Below are positions 1 to 9,049 of a DNA stretch of 49,179 nt, piece after piece. The notes under the pieces were generated by a model that saw only the letters and a program-made list of their open reading frames with translations, was not told the DNA's origin and did no database searches. Each line of letters opens with the position of its first letter. Positions within the stretch are counted from its first letter, which is position 1. A program made the position numbers and the translations under genes. The DNA is taken from contig JAHHIK010000064.1 in assembly GCA_019358935.1 (NCBI GenBank), positions 1 through 49,179 on the forward strand. The letters run 5' to 3'. The DNA comes from Tolypothrix carrinoi HA7290-LM1. GTDB taxonomy: Bacteria; Cyanobacteriota; Cyanobacteriia; Cyanobacteriales; Nostocaceae.

Positions 1-140
1 ATTGGGCATTGGTAATTGGGCATTGGTAATTGGGCATTGGGCAACCTGCTCCCCCAGCTCCCCCAGCTCCCCCCTCTCCCCCAGCTCCCCCCTCTCCCCC
101 TCTCCCCCTCCCCCCCTCCCCCCCTCCCCCTCTCTCCTCC
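1..140. repeat. STRR heptamer tandem repeat (ATTGGGC/ATTGGTA) followed by a C-rich CTCCCC(AG) repeat tract
   Basis: Directly visible tandem heptamers at 1-41 and CTCCCC units at about 47-140; typical Nostocales short tandem repeats. Confidence 0.9.
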
Positions 141-151
141 TTTCTCGTTAA

Positions 152-1783
152 ATGTTTAGCCAAAGAACAATTCGACCGCTTAGTGCTGCTGCCTTATGTG
201 GCATAGCTTTTATCCAGGATACACTCATCGCGATTGACACCCCCAAAGGGCATCTACTGCAAATTGATCCGATTTCCGACAATACCAAAATTCTTAATTC
301 CCACCAAGTCAGGGAATTTAGGGATGTGACAGGTCTTGCCGTGTGGTCAGATACCCTGTGGGTAACGCGGGATAACAGTGTTTATTTGTGTAACCTGAAT
401 TCTTTAGGTTTAGAGCATTTTGCTACATTACCCTATCCCGCTGATGGTGTTGCTGTTTGGGAATCAACCGTTTATGTCAGCTGCCAAAAGCTAGGCTGTA
501 TTCTGATTTTTGACCGAGAGACGCGAAAAGAGATTACTAGATTTTATGCTCCTGGCGTTGGCGTGGAAAATTTGGTAGTTAGTGAAGAAACTCTTTGGGT
601 TAGCGACACGATAGAGCAAACAGTTTACTGCATCGACAGAGCTACCGGAGAAGTTCAATTTAGCGTGCTAACGCCGTTTGCATCGCCTACAGGCATCGCT
701 TTACATAAAAATGGCGAAACAGGTGAAGAAACGCTTTTCGTCGCTTATGCTTCAGAGGAGCCGTATATTCGGGATAATCCGAATGCTGACCCGAATTATG
801 AATTGACGTATCGCGATCGCACTTTTATTCACCCGTTGCATTATCATTACGATCCAGATAAGCGTTGCGCCCTCTCTAACGGTTATCTGATAGAAATGTC
901 TTATGCTGAAGAAATTTCTCCTTTAGAAGAGGTGTATTTATCAGATGTAGAATGGCGAATCGCTTTACCCTCAGAAACTGACCGTCAAAAGGTAAAACAC
1001 ATTGAACCGATTGGTTTGCCTTTCATAGAAGAAGAGAAAGACGGACAACGTGTTGCAGTATTTAAACTTGATACTCTCACCCCAGGTGAACGACATCTGT
1101 TTGGCTGGAAAGCACTTTTAGAAGTTCGGGGCATTAAGTATCGCATCACACCCAAAGATGTAGAAGATATTCCTGAAGAATTACCATTTCAAGGTCGTTA
1201 TTTAGTAGATGATGACGACTTAGCAATGGATACTACCATAGTCCGCCGCGCCGCTCGTGATGCAGTTGCTTCAGAAAGCAATTTGCTGCGGAAAATGTAC
1301 AATATCCGCAATTACGTTTACGACGAATTATCATATGGCATCAAGCCATACATTGACACGCCAGATATAGTTTTAGAACGCGGTGTTGGTTCTTGTGGAG
1401 AATATGTCGGCGTATTGCTTGCTTTATGCCGTTTAAATGATATTCCCTGTCGCACTGTCGGGCGCTATAAATGCCCTCCCTTGGGCGAACATAAAAATGT
1501 CCCGCTACAACCTGACTTTAATCACGTTTGGTTAGAATTCTACGTCCCGAATTTTGGCTGGTTGCCAATGGAATCAAATCCTGATGATATTGGCGATCGC
1601 GGTCCTTATCCCACACGCTTTTTTATGGGCTTATGTTGGTATCACATCGAAATTGGCAAAGGTATCACCTTTGAAAGTTTGAGCAGTAAAGGTACACGCT
1701 TAACTAAAGAAGATGTGGCGATCGGTGATTTGGCGATTAATCACATTCAGTTTACGATTCTTGAAGAATTACCGCCTTTTTAG
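152..1783 (+). CDS. Transglutaminase-like domain protein with N-terminal beta-propeller-like region
   Basis: 543 aa; GSCGEY (Cys), FNHVWLEFY (His) and WLPMES motifs of the transglutaminase-like fold; repetitive beta-strand N-terminus. Confidence 0.8.
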   Translation: MFSQRTIRPLSAAALCGIAFIQDTLIAIDTPKGHLLQIDPISDNTKILNSHQVREFRDVTGLAVWSDTLWVTRDNSVYLCNLNSLGLEHFATLPYPADGVAVWESTVYVSCQKLGCILIFDRETRKEITRFYAPGVGVENLVVSEETLWVSDTIEQTVYCIDRATGEVQFSVLTPFASPTGIALHKNGETGEETLFVAYASEEPYIRDNPNADPNYELTYRDRTFIHPLHYHYDPDKRCALSNGYLIEMSYAEEISPLEEVYLSDVEWRIALPSETDRQKVKHIEPIGLPFIEEEKDGQRVAVFKLDTLTPGERHLFGWKALLEVRGIKYRITPKDVEDIPEELPFQGRYLVDDDDLAMDTTIVRRAARDAVASESNLLRKMYNIRNYVYDELSYGIKPYIDTPDIVLERGVGSCGEYVGVLLALCRLNDIPCRTVGRYKCPPLGEHKNVPLQPDFNHVWLEFYVPNFGWLPMESNPDDIGDRGPYPTRFFMGLCWYHIEIGKGITFESLSSKGTRLTKEDVAIGDLAINHIQFTILEELPPF

Positions 1784-1826
1784 CAACCTATAACTATTTA
1801 TTACCTTCGCGTTCTTCGCGAAGTCC

Positions 1827-1858
1827 GTAGGGTGCGTTACTACGTTAACGCACCCTAC
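1827..1858. repeat. GTAG-type REP-like palindrome
   Basis: GTAGGGTGCGTTA-ctacgt-TAACGCACCCTAC perfect stem; related copies at 45600-45680. Confidence 0.75.
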
Positions 1859-1875
1859 ATCTATAACTATGTAGA

Positions 1876-2168
1876 GACTTACGGAAACGGTTTGCGAACT
1901 TATGGGAGCGGTTTGCGAACTTATGGGAACGGTTTGCGAACTTATGGGAACGGTTTACGAACTTATGGGAACGGTTTACGAACTTATGGGAACGGTTTAC
2001 GAACTTACGGGAACGGTTTACGAACTTATGGGAACGGTTTGCGAACTTATGGGAACGGTTTACGAACTTACGGGAACGGTTTACGAACTTATGGGAACGG
2101 TTTACGAACTTATGGGAACGGTTTACGAACTTACGGGAACGGTTTACGAACTTATGGGAGCGGTCTAA
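1876..2168. repeat. 21-bp tandem repeat array, about 14 units (GAACTTAYGGGAACGGTTTRC)
   Basis: Units nearly identical, no unique spacers; translates as (TYGNGLR)n in one frame. Confidence 0.95.
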
Positions 2169-2321
2169 CTTGCAGCGTTAACGGGTTCGCCACTACGAAT
2201 GGACCCTACAGGCAACCGCGCTGCCTTGACTCACCGCAACGCACTGGCTCCCCTACAATACTTTAGAGGAACATAGCAAAAACCTGCTCACTAAATATTT
2301 TCCCTCAGCAAAGCCAAGAGC

Positions 2322-5300
2322 GTGACTTATTCAGAGATGCTAAATTTTCAGAGGTTGTTTGAAGCGATACCAGGATTATATTTTGTCTTGACACCGGATT
2401 TTGCGATTGTGGCAGCAAGCGATGCTTACTTGCTGGCAACCAAGAGAAAACGAGAAGAGATTATCGGACGTAAGTTGTTCGATGTTTTTCCAGATAATCC
2501 CAACGATCCGAACGCGACAGGGGTGCAGAATTTGCGTGCGTCAATAGAAAGCGTATTGAAGTATCGAAAGCCTCATACGATGGCTGTGCAAAAATACGAC
2601 ATTCCTCGACCAGAATCGGCTGGGGGCGGATTTGAGGAGCGCTACTGGAGTCCGCTAAATTCGCCGATCTTCGACGAAAACGGCGAGCTTACCCACATTA
2701 TCCACCGAACCGAGGATGTAACAGAGTTTGTGCGCGTGCAGCAGCAGAGAAATGAGCAGCGCCAAATTAATCAAGAGTTACAGACTCGTTCTCAGCAGAT
2801 GGAAATGGAAATTTATCTGCGATCGCAAGAGTTACAAAAACTCAATAAACAACTACAAACCGCGAATGAAGCACTTTCAGAATTAGATCGTGCGAAAACC
2901 GAATTTTTCAGCAATGTCTCTCACGAGTTTCGCACCCCCTTAACACTAATGTTAAGTCCCATCGAAGATGCGTTATTTGATACCTCTTCCCCGTTACCCG
3001 CTGTGCAAAAAGAACGACTCGAAGTAGTACAGCGCAACGGACTTCGCTTGCTGAAATTAGTCAACACTTTGCTCGATTTTTCCCGCATTCAAGCAGGACG
3101 CATTCAAGCAACTTATGAACCCACAGATTTAGCCACGCTGACAACTGAACTTGCCAGCGTGTTTCGTTCGCTGATCGAACAAGCTGGAATGCAGTTGGTA
3201 GTCGAGTGTTCTCCCTTACCTGAAGCGATTTATGTCGATCGCCAAATGTGGGAAAAAATTATTTTTAATTTATTATCAAACGCCTTTAAGTTTACCATTA
3301 CAGGCAGAATTACAGTTCGCTTGCAAAACCTTGAAACTGATATAGAGTTGACAGTTGAAGATACTGGTATCGGCATTCCCCCAGAAGAATTGCCGCATTT
3401 GTTTGAGCGATTTCATCGCGTGAAAGGCGCACAGGGACGCAGTTTTGAAGGCTCAGGCATTGGTTTGGCACTGGTACAGGAATTGGTGAAATTACACGGT
3501 GGCACAGTCAGCGCGACGAGTGTACTGGGGCAAGGCAGTTGTTTTAAAGTAACTATTCCTAAGGGGGAGCGGGGGAGCGGGGGAGCGGGGGAGCGGGGGG
3601 CAGGGGGCAGGGAGCAGGGGGCAAGGATTCTTCCCAATGCCCCATGCCCAATGCCCCATGCCCTTTCCCCAATTCCTTATGTGGAAGAAGCGCAGCGCTG
3701 GCTATTTGCAAAAGAGGAGGGGGGAGACAAGGAAGAGGGGGGAGACAAGGAAGCAAGTCACGAGCGATCGCGCATTTTGTTGGCTGACGATAATGGAGAT
3801 ATGCGCGATTATGTTCAGCGGCTGTTGAGTTCGCGTTATATAGTTGAGGCAGTCGCAGATGGAATCGCGGCGTTAAATGCTATTCGGGAAAATCCACCGG
3901 ATTTGGTGTTAAGCGATGTGATGATGCCGAAAATGGATGGCTTTGAATTGTTGCGATCGCTGCGAGGCAATCCTCAAACTCAAGAAATCCCGATTATTCT
4001 CTTATCAGCGCGAGCGGGGGAAGAATCGCGCATTGAAGGACTCGCGGCTGGAGCGGATGATTATTTAATTAAACCATTTTCCGCACGCGAATTACTTGCA
4101 CGAGTCGAATCAAGCTTAAAGTTAGCTAAACTGCGACAAACCACACAAACGTTACATACCGAAGCCGAAACCGCTAAAGCAAATCTAGAAAGCGTTTTAG
4201 CAAACCTTGAAGATGGATTTGTCATCCTGGATCGCAATTGGTGTTTGACCTATATCAACGATCGCAAAGCGGAAATTTGGGGAATAAACCGCTCTGAGGC
4301 GATCGGCAAAAACATTTGGGAATTATTGCCCGATCTCGTTGGAGGTGAACTTTACGGAAGACTACATCAAGTCATGCGCCTCCGAACTCCGATGCAGTTT
4401 GAGCATCGCGACACCAATTCAAATCGCTGGTTTGACAATCGAGTTTATCCGACAGCGGATGGTTTGGCGATTATTTGTACTGATATTAGCGAACGCAAAC
4501 GCTCACAAGAAGCTCTAGGAGAAAGTCAGCGGCGGTTCCGGCGACTGGTAGAATCTAACTTGTTTGGCGTCGTCTTCGGCGATTGTTTTGGTGGACTGCA
4601 CTACGCCAATGAGTATCTGTTAAATTTGGTAGGCTACACCTTAGAAGAAATGCAGTCTGGGCAAGCGCGATGGGATCAACTCACCCCTAAAGAATTTGCT
4701 GCCTTAGATGCCAAAGCGGTTGAGCAATTAAGCACTTCTGGAGTTTGTGCCCCTTATGAAAAGGTCTACCTCCATAAAAACGGTCGGCGGATTCCGATTT
4801 TAATTGCTGCTGCGTTGCTTCAGGAACCGTTTAACGAAAATCAGGAAGTCGTTGCCTTCATACTGGATCTTACCGAATTGAAGCGAGTGACGGAGGAGCG
4901 CGATCGCTTCTTCAATTTATCCCTAGATATGCTAGCGATCGCAAACATCGACGGCTATTTTATACATCTCAATCCAGCTTGGGAACGAACGCTGGGATTT
5001 AGCGAAACCGAACTGAAAGCAAAGCCCTATCTTGATTTTGTGCATCCAGATGACCGAGCTGCAACGCTCTTTGAAGCGCAAAAATTAGCACAAGGACATC
5101 AAACAATTGGCTTTGAAAATCGTTACCTGACTTTAGACGGTTCTTACCGATGGATTTCCTGGAATGTTGCGTCCTTCCCAGAACAGAATGTTCTTTACGC
5201 CGCAGCTCATGATATTACCGATCGCAAACTAGCAGAACAAACGCGAGAACAATTACTAGTGCGCGAACAAGCCGCACGAGAAGCCGCCGAAAACGCCAAC

Positions 5301-6416
5301 CGCGTCAAAGATGAATTTCTCGCGGTTCTCTCCCACGAGTTACGCACCCCGCTTAATCCGATTCTCGGTTGGTCGAAATTGCTACAAATGGGCAAGCTGA
5401 ATGCGGCAAAATCTATTGAAGCGATCGCCATCATCGAACGCAACGCCAGACTACAAGTACAACTGATTGACGATTTGCTTGACATTTCGCGCATTTTACG
5501 CGGCAAAATGAGCTTAACCGTGATGCCTGTCGATATGGCTACGGTGATTGCAGCCGCTTTGGAAACGGTACGATTAGCTGCCGAAGCCAAATCGTTGCAA
5601 ATTCAATATGTGACGGCAAACGCAGTCGGTACAGTCAACGGCGATTCAGGACGATTGCAGCAAGTTGTCTGGAATCTCTTATCGAATGCGGTTAAATTTA
5701 CACCAGCAGGCGGACAGATTACAGTTAACTTGGCACAAGTTAAAACAAACGTGCAAATCCAAGTCAAAGACACAGGCAAAGGAATTAATCCCGACTTTCT
5801 GCCGTATGTATTTGAGCATTTCCGCCAAGAAGATGGTGCAACAACGCGCCAATTTGGGGGATTGGGATTGGGACTGGCGATCGCACGTCAAATCGTGGAA
5901 ATGCACGGCGGTACGGTGATGGCAGACAGCCCAGGTGAAGGACTGGGAGCTACTTTTACAGTACAAATTCCTTCATTTCATCTATCTGAGGAGATAAAGT
6001 CAGATGAATCACCCAAATCAGCAGCTAATCTAAGCGGCGTTAATGTTTTAGTCGTCGATGATGATGCTGATTCGCGGGAGTTTATCAGCTTTATTTTAGA
6101 GCAAGAACAGGCGATTGTTACAACCGTGGCATCGGGGTTTGAAGCGCTACAAGTAATTGAGCAAGCAATTCCTGATATCGTCGTCAGCGATATTGGAATG
6201 CCAGAAATGAATGGATATATGCTTATGCGTCAACTACGTATGCGTACAGCATCAATTGGAGGCATCAAAGCGATCGCTCTAACAGCTTATGCCGGAGAAT
6301 TAAATCAACAGCAAGCACTCGCAGCCGGCTTTCAACGACATTTAGCTAAACCTGTTGAAATCGATGAATTAATTCAGGCGATCGCTACATTAGTAGGCAT
6401 CGGGCATGGGGCATAG
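2322..6416 (+). CDS. Hybrid sensor histidine kinase (PAS-HisKA-HATPase-REC-PAS x3-HisKA-HATPase-REC)
   Basis: Two H-boxes (SHEFRTPL, SHELRTPL), two N/G boxes (NLLSNA, GxGxGL), two receiver domains (SDVMMP, SDIGMP), PAS motifs. Confidence 0.92.
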   Translation: MTYSEMLNFQRLFEAIPGLYFVLTPDFAIVAASDAYLLATKRKREEIIGRKLFDVFPDNPNDPNATGVQNLRASIESVLKYRKPHTMAVQKYDIPRPESAGGGFEERYWSPLNSPIFDENGELTHIIHRTEDVTEFVRVQQQRNEQRQINQELQTRSQQMEMEIYLRSQELQKLNKQLQTANEALSELDRAKTEFFSNVSHEFRTPLTLMLSPIEDALFDTSSPLPAVQKERLEVVQRNGLRLLKLVNTLLDFSRIQAGRIQATYEPTDLATLTTELASVFRSLIEQAGMQLVVECSPLPEAIYVDRQMWEKIIFNLLSNAFKFTITGRITVRLQNLETDIELTVEDTGIGIPPEELPHLFERFHRVKGAQGRSFEGSGIGLALVQELVKLHGGTVSATSVLGQGSCFKVTIPKGERGSGGAGERGAGGREQGARILPNAPCPMPHALSPIPYVEEAQRWLFAKEEGGDKEEGGDKEASHERSRILLADDNGDMRDYVQRLLSSRYIVEAVADGIAALNAIRENPPDLVLSDVMMPKMDGFELLRSLRGNPQTQEIPIILLSARAGEESRIEGLAAGADDYLIKPFSARELLARVESSLKLAKLRQTTQTLHTEAETAKANLESVLANLEDGFVILDRNWCLTYINDRKAEIWGINRSEAIGKNIWELLPDLVGGELYGRLHQVMRLRTPMQFEHRDTNSNRWFDNRVYPTADGLAIICTDISERKRSQEALGESQRRFRRLVESNLFGVVFGDCFGGLHYANEYLLNLVGYTLEEMQSGQARWDQLTPKEFAALDAKAVEQLSTSGVCAPYEKVYLHKNGRRIPILIAAALLQEPFNENQEVVAFILDLTELKRVTEERDRFFNLSLDMLAIANIDGYFIHLNPAWERTLGFSETELKAKPYLDFVHPDDRAATLFEAQKLAQGHQTIGFENRYLTLDGSYRWISWNVASFPEQNVLYAAAHDITDRKLAEQTREQLLVREQAAREAAENANRVKDEFLAVLSHELRTPLNPILGWSKLLQMGKLNAAKSIEAIAIIERNARLQVQLIDDLLDISRILRGKMSLTVMPVDMATVIAAALETVRLAAEAKSLQIQYVTANAVGTVNGDSGRLQQVVWNLLSNAVKFTPAGGQITVNLAQVKTNVQIQVKDTGKGINPDFLPYVFEHFRQEDGATTRQFGGLGLGLAIARQIVEMHGGTVMADSPGEGLGATFTVQIPSFHLSEEIKSDESPKSAANLSGVNVLVVDDDADSREFISFILEQEQAIVTTVASGFEALQVIEQAIPDIVVSDIGMPEMNGYMLMRQLRMRTASIGGIKAIALTAYAGELNQQQALAAGFQRHLAKPVEIDELIQAIATLVGIGHGA

Positions 6417-6482
6417 GGCATTGGGCAATGGGCATTGGGCATTGGGCATAGGGCATTGGGCAATGGGCATGGGGCATTGGTA
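6401..6482. repeat. STRR heptamer array (GGGCATW) overlapping the kinase stop codon
   Basis: Tandem GGGCATT/GGGCATA/GGGCAAT units; last codons GHGA* are repeat-derived. Confidence 0.9.
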
Positions 6483-6526
6483 ACTCGTTCCCAGTCTCTG
6501 ACTGCTACTTGGTACTTGCTACCCCG

Positions 6527-6724
6527 CTAAAAGGCTTTGGGTAGTCCAGCTTGTTTCAAAACTCCGTTGGCGGTATGGCGTGACTTGATAGATGCGTCTA
6601 CAACAAAGCGACGATCTGTGATTGGACTGTACCAGATTTCATGATCTCCTTTGCCTTGCCGTTCAAAGTAGCACCCAACTTCTGAAAGCATCTTTTTCAA
6701 CTCAGGAGTAAACGACGCACTCAT
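6527..6724 (-). CDS. hicA: HicA-family toxin (mRNA interferase)
   Basis: 65 aa; RQGKGDHEIW motif and C-terminal LKQAGL typical of HicA. Confidence 0.85.
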   Translation of the reverse strand: MSASFTPELKKMLSEVGCYFERQGKGDHEIWYSPITDRRFVVDASIKSRHTANGVLKQAGLPKAF

Positions 6725-6970
6725 CTATGAAGCGACCTTAATCAACTCTTGTCGATGGCTGGTTAACTCAAAGGTGATAGAACCCACATAGTCAGCAGAA
6801 ACAATTTTGTTAAGAATGATGAGTTCTGGAATTATTTCTCGCAGCTTTTGCATTAGAACCTCAATCGTAGAAGCTTCTGTTACCAATCCGGGTACGTCAT
6901 CACTAGTTGCTACCCAAACTTCTGCGTCTGAATCCCAAAAAGCTTCAACCTTAAATGTGATTTGTGTCAT
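6725..6970 (-). CDS. HicB-like antitoxin (DUF1902 type)
   Basis: WDSDAEVWVATSDDVPGLVTEASTIE motif; abuts hicA. Confidence 0.8.
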   Translation of the reverse strand: MTQITFKVEAFWDSDAEVWVATSDDVPGLVTEASTIEVLMQKLREIIPELIILNKIVSADYVGSITFELTSHRQELIKVAS

Positions 6971-7169
6971 TTCTTGCGCGATTATAATGTAGTTCCAGTT
7001 TAAAATATTGGTTTTGGCTGAGTCAGTCCTCTAGTAATTGCGGAAGCGATGTCTTCTGGTGCGTCCGCTACGCGTAGCTTGCTTCTCCGTAGGAGTACGA
7101 CGGGCTACTTCTTGTGCCTTTTAAGCACCAGAAATAGACTAAATTAGAGTTATCGTCAGCCAAAAAAGC

Positions 7170-7415
7170 ATGATGTCTTCGCTTAGAGTCAACGACGCTC
7201 AAAATAATTTGCAAGAGTTGATCGACCAAGTTGTAGAGCAGGGTAAACGTGTGACCATTCAGGGCGATCGTGGTAATGCGATTCTGCTTGCCCAAAAAGA
7301 CTGGTCTGCAATTCAGGAGACTCTTTACTTGCTATCTGTACCTGGAATGCGAGAATCTATAAAAGAAGGACTGGCAACCCCGATCCAAGAATGCGATGAG
7401 GAATTGGATTGGTGA
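7170..7415 (+). CDS. yefM: Phd/YefM-family antitoxin
   Basis: NLQELIDQV...DWSAIQETLYLLSVPGMRESIKEG typical of YefM/Axe. Confidence 0.85.
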   Translation: MMSSLRVNDAQNNLQELIDQVVEQGKRVTIQGDRGNAILLAQKDWSAIQETLYLLSVPGMRESIKEGLATPIQECDEELDW

Positions 7416-7720
7416 GTGATGGGGTAATGAAGAGCCACTTCCGAATCCTGAAGAAATAAGTTGGAAGTTGGTTTACACAAAACAAGCGCAAAAAGACAAA
7501 GAAGAAATTAGCTTCTAGCAACTTAAAGGAGAAAGCCGAGGAGTTGCTTGTAGTTCTTAAAAAAAATCCCTTTCAAAATCCTCCACCTTATGAAAAGCTG
7601 GTTGGTGACTTATCAGGTGCTTATTCTCGTAGGATAAACATACAGCATCGGTTGGTATATAAGGTCATCGAATCCGAACAAGTAATCAAGATAATTCGGA
7701 TGTGGACGCATTACGAGTAA
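7412..7720 (+). pseudogene. yoeB: Txe/YoeB-family toxin pseudogene
   Basis: Reconstructs to MSWKLVYTKQAQKD.KKLASSNLKEKA...NPPPYEKLVGDLSGAYSRRINIQHRLVY...MWTHYE. Interrupted by 44 bp after codon 2 (7418-7461) and a one-base frameshift near 7498. Confidence 0.85.
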
Positions 7721-7847
7721 GTTTTAAGTAGTTCATGACAATATTATATCTTGGGGTTGACCCGAACTTAGTATTAATTGTGGTTAACTCTTAATAATCG
7801 CCTTTCATTCACCTTTGGATCTCGGTTGTTGCAGTTCTGCAAATTAT

Positions 7848-8276
7848 TTATACTGTCCAATTTTGTGTCACCAAACCTGGTACTTGACTAAAATCACGAT
7901 TATTTCGGGTCAAAAGTATTAAATTTTGTGAAATAGCAATTGATGCAATTCGCAAATCCATTGTAGCGATACGAACTCGCTGCGCTTTCAGTCCATCGAA
8001 AACTGTTGCTGCACTAGTATCGAATGGTAGAACTGGAGCAACTGAGAAACCTTGAAGAATCTCCAGCAGTATCATGTATCCTCGAATTGTATCAGCCGAT
8101 GTTTGGGCACGATTGATAAAGGTATTAGCACCAAGAACTTGTTCGTGAAGACTAATAATGGAAAATGCAAAATCTGCGGGTGAGTGTTGAGCAATTCGAG
8201 CCGTTAAGTTTGCGTATTCCGAAGCAGAACGCCGTTGTAAGAAACTTATATGGTCGGTATCCAAGAGATACTTCAC
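7848..8276 (-). CDS. vapC: PIN-domain VapC toxin
   Basis: YLLDTD, MDLRIASIA and LLTRNNRDF PIN motifs. Confidence 0.9.
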   Translation of the reverse strand: MKYLLDTDHISFLQRRSASEYANLTARIAQHSPADFAFSIISLHEQVLGANTFINRAQTSADTIRGYMILLEILQGFSVAPVLPFDTSAATVFDGLKAQRVRIATMDLRIASIAISQNLILLTRNNRDFSQVPGLVTQNWTV

Positions 8277-8491
8277 GCTTGGTCACTGGTTTCGTCTGTG
8301 GGTCTATCAGCGTGGCGCAAAGACTCACCATACTCCAGAACTTTGAGGAAAACTTGCTCATCCGAAATTGAACCCGTCACTTTCTCAAGCCAATTGCTAG
8401 GAGTGGGAGCAGCGATAAGCAAACGTTTAAGTTCGGCAACTGTCTGCTCAAGATTTACCAAACGTTGCTCAATGGTAGTTTCATCTAGCAT
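8273..8491 (-). CDS. Putative antitoxin partner of VapC
   Basis: Small ORF overlapping the vapC start by 4 nt; probable start ATG 8491 (MLDETTIEQRL). Confidence 0.7.
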   Translation of the reverse strand: MLDETTIEQRLVNLEQTVAELKRLLIAAPTPSNWLEKVTGSISDEQVFLKVLEYGESLRHADRPTDETSDQA

Positions 8492-8625
8492 AACTTTATA
8501 ATGATGCAAAAAATCAACGGCTGGCACTATGTCAATCATAGCTGACTATGGATCTGCAATAATTTTCAGATATTTATCCTAAGTGGTTGTAATCCATGTG
8601 TCTGTTAATTATAGTTGACTATTAA

Positions 8626-8780
8626 TACTCCCTTCCCGCTACAAAATTACCTATCTTCTTTTCCTTCCTCCTTCGTGTCCTTCTCCTGTCGGAGACGCTG
8701 CGCGAACGTGTCTAGCCTTCGGCAACGCCAAGGGCGAACGCGGTTCGTTAAATAGGTATTCTTCGAGCGGGAAGGGAGTA
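8626..8780. mobile_element. MITE (155 bp) carrying two nested ~24-bp elements
   Basis: Perfect 15-bp TIRs TACTCCCTTCCCGCT / AGCGGGAAGGGAGTA; inserts at 8683-8706 and 8715-8738; solo right end of the same type at 45685-45712. Confidence 0.8.
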
Positions 8781-8805
8781 ATCGCCCTTCACTCACCATA
8801 ATTGT

Positions 8806-8990
8806 CCCTTGGATCTCGGATGTTCGTGTTCAGAACACAAAGTTCCGAGTTCAGAACACAAAGTTCCGAGTTCCAAGCATGAAGTTTCGAGTTCTGAGCA
8901 TGAAGTTTCGAGTTCAGAACACGAAGTTTCGAGTTCAGAACACGAAGTTTCGAGTTCTGAACATGAAGTTCCGAGTTCTGAAGGTGAAAA
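8806..8990. repeat. 26-bp leader motif plus 21-bp tandem array (GAGTTCWGAACACGAAGTTTC, about 7-8 units)
   Basis: Direct inspection; same unit family and orientation as 13850-14058. Confidence 0.9.
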
Positions 8991-9049
8991 CTGGAGTTTT
9001 GAGCCTCAACATTGAAGATTAGAGGTTTATTTTTCCTGTTTTCTTCTCA

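Noticed and set aside
1832..2266. ORFs (TYGNGLR)n / (MGTVYEL)n, and the similar ORFs at 8809-9015 and 13694-14050
   Set aside because: Open frames are a by-product of stop-free 21-bp tandem repeats; no convincing RBS or domain
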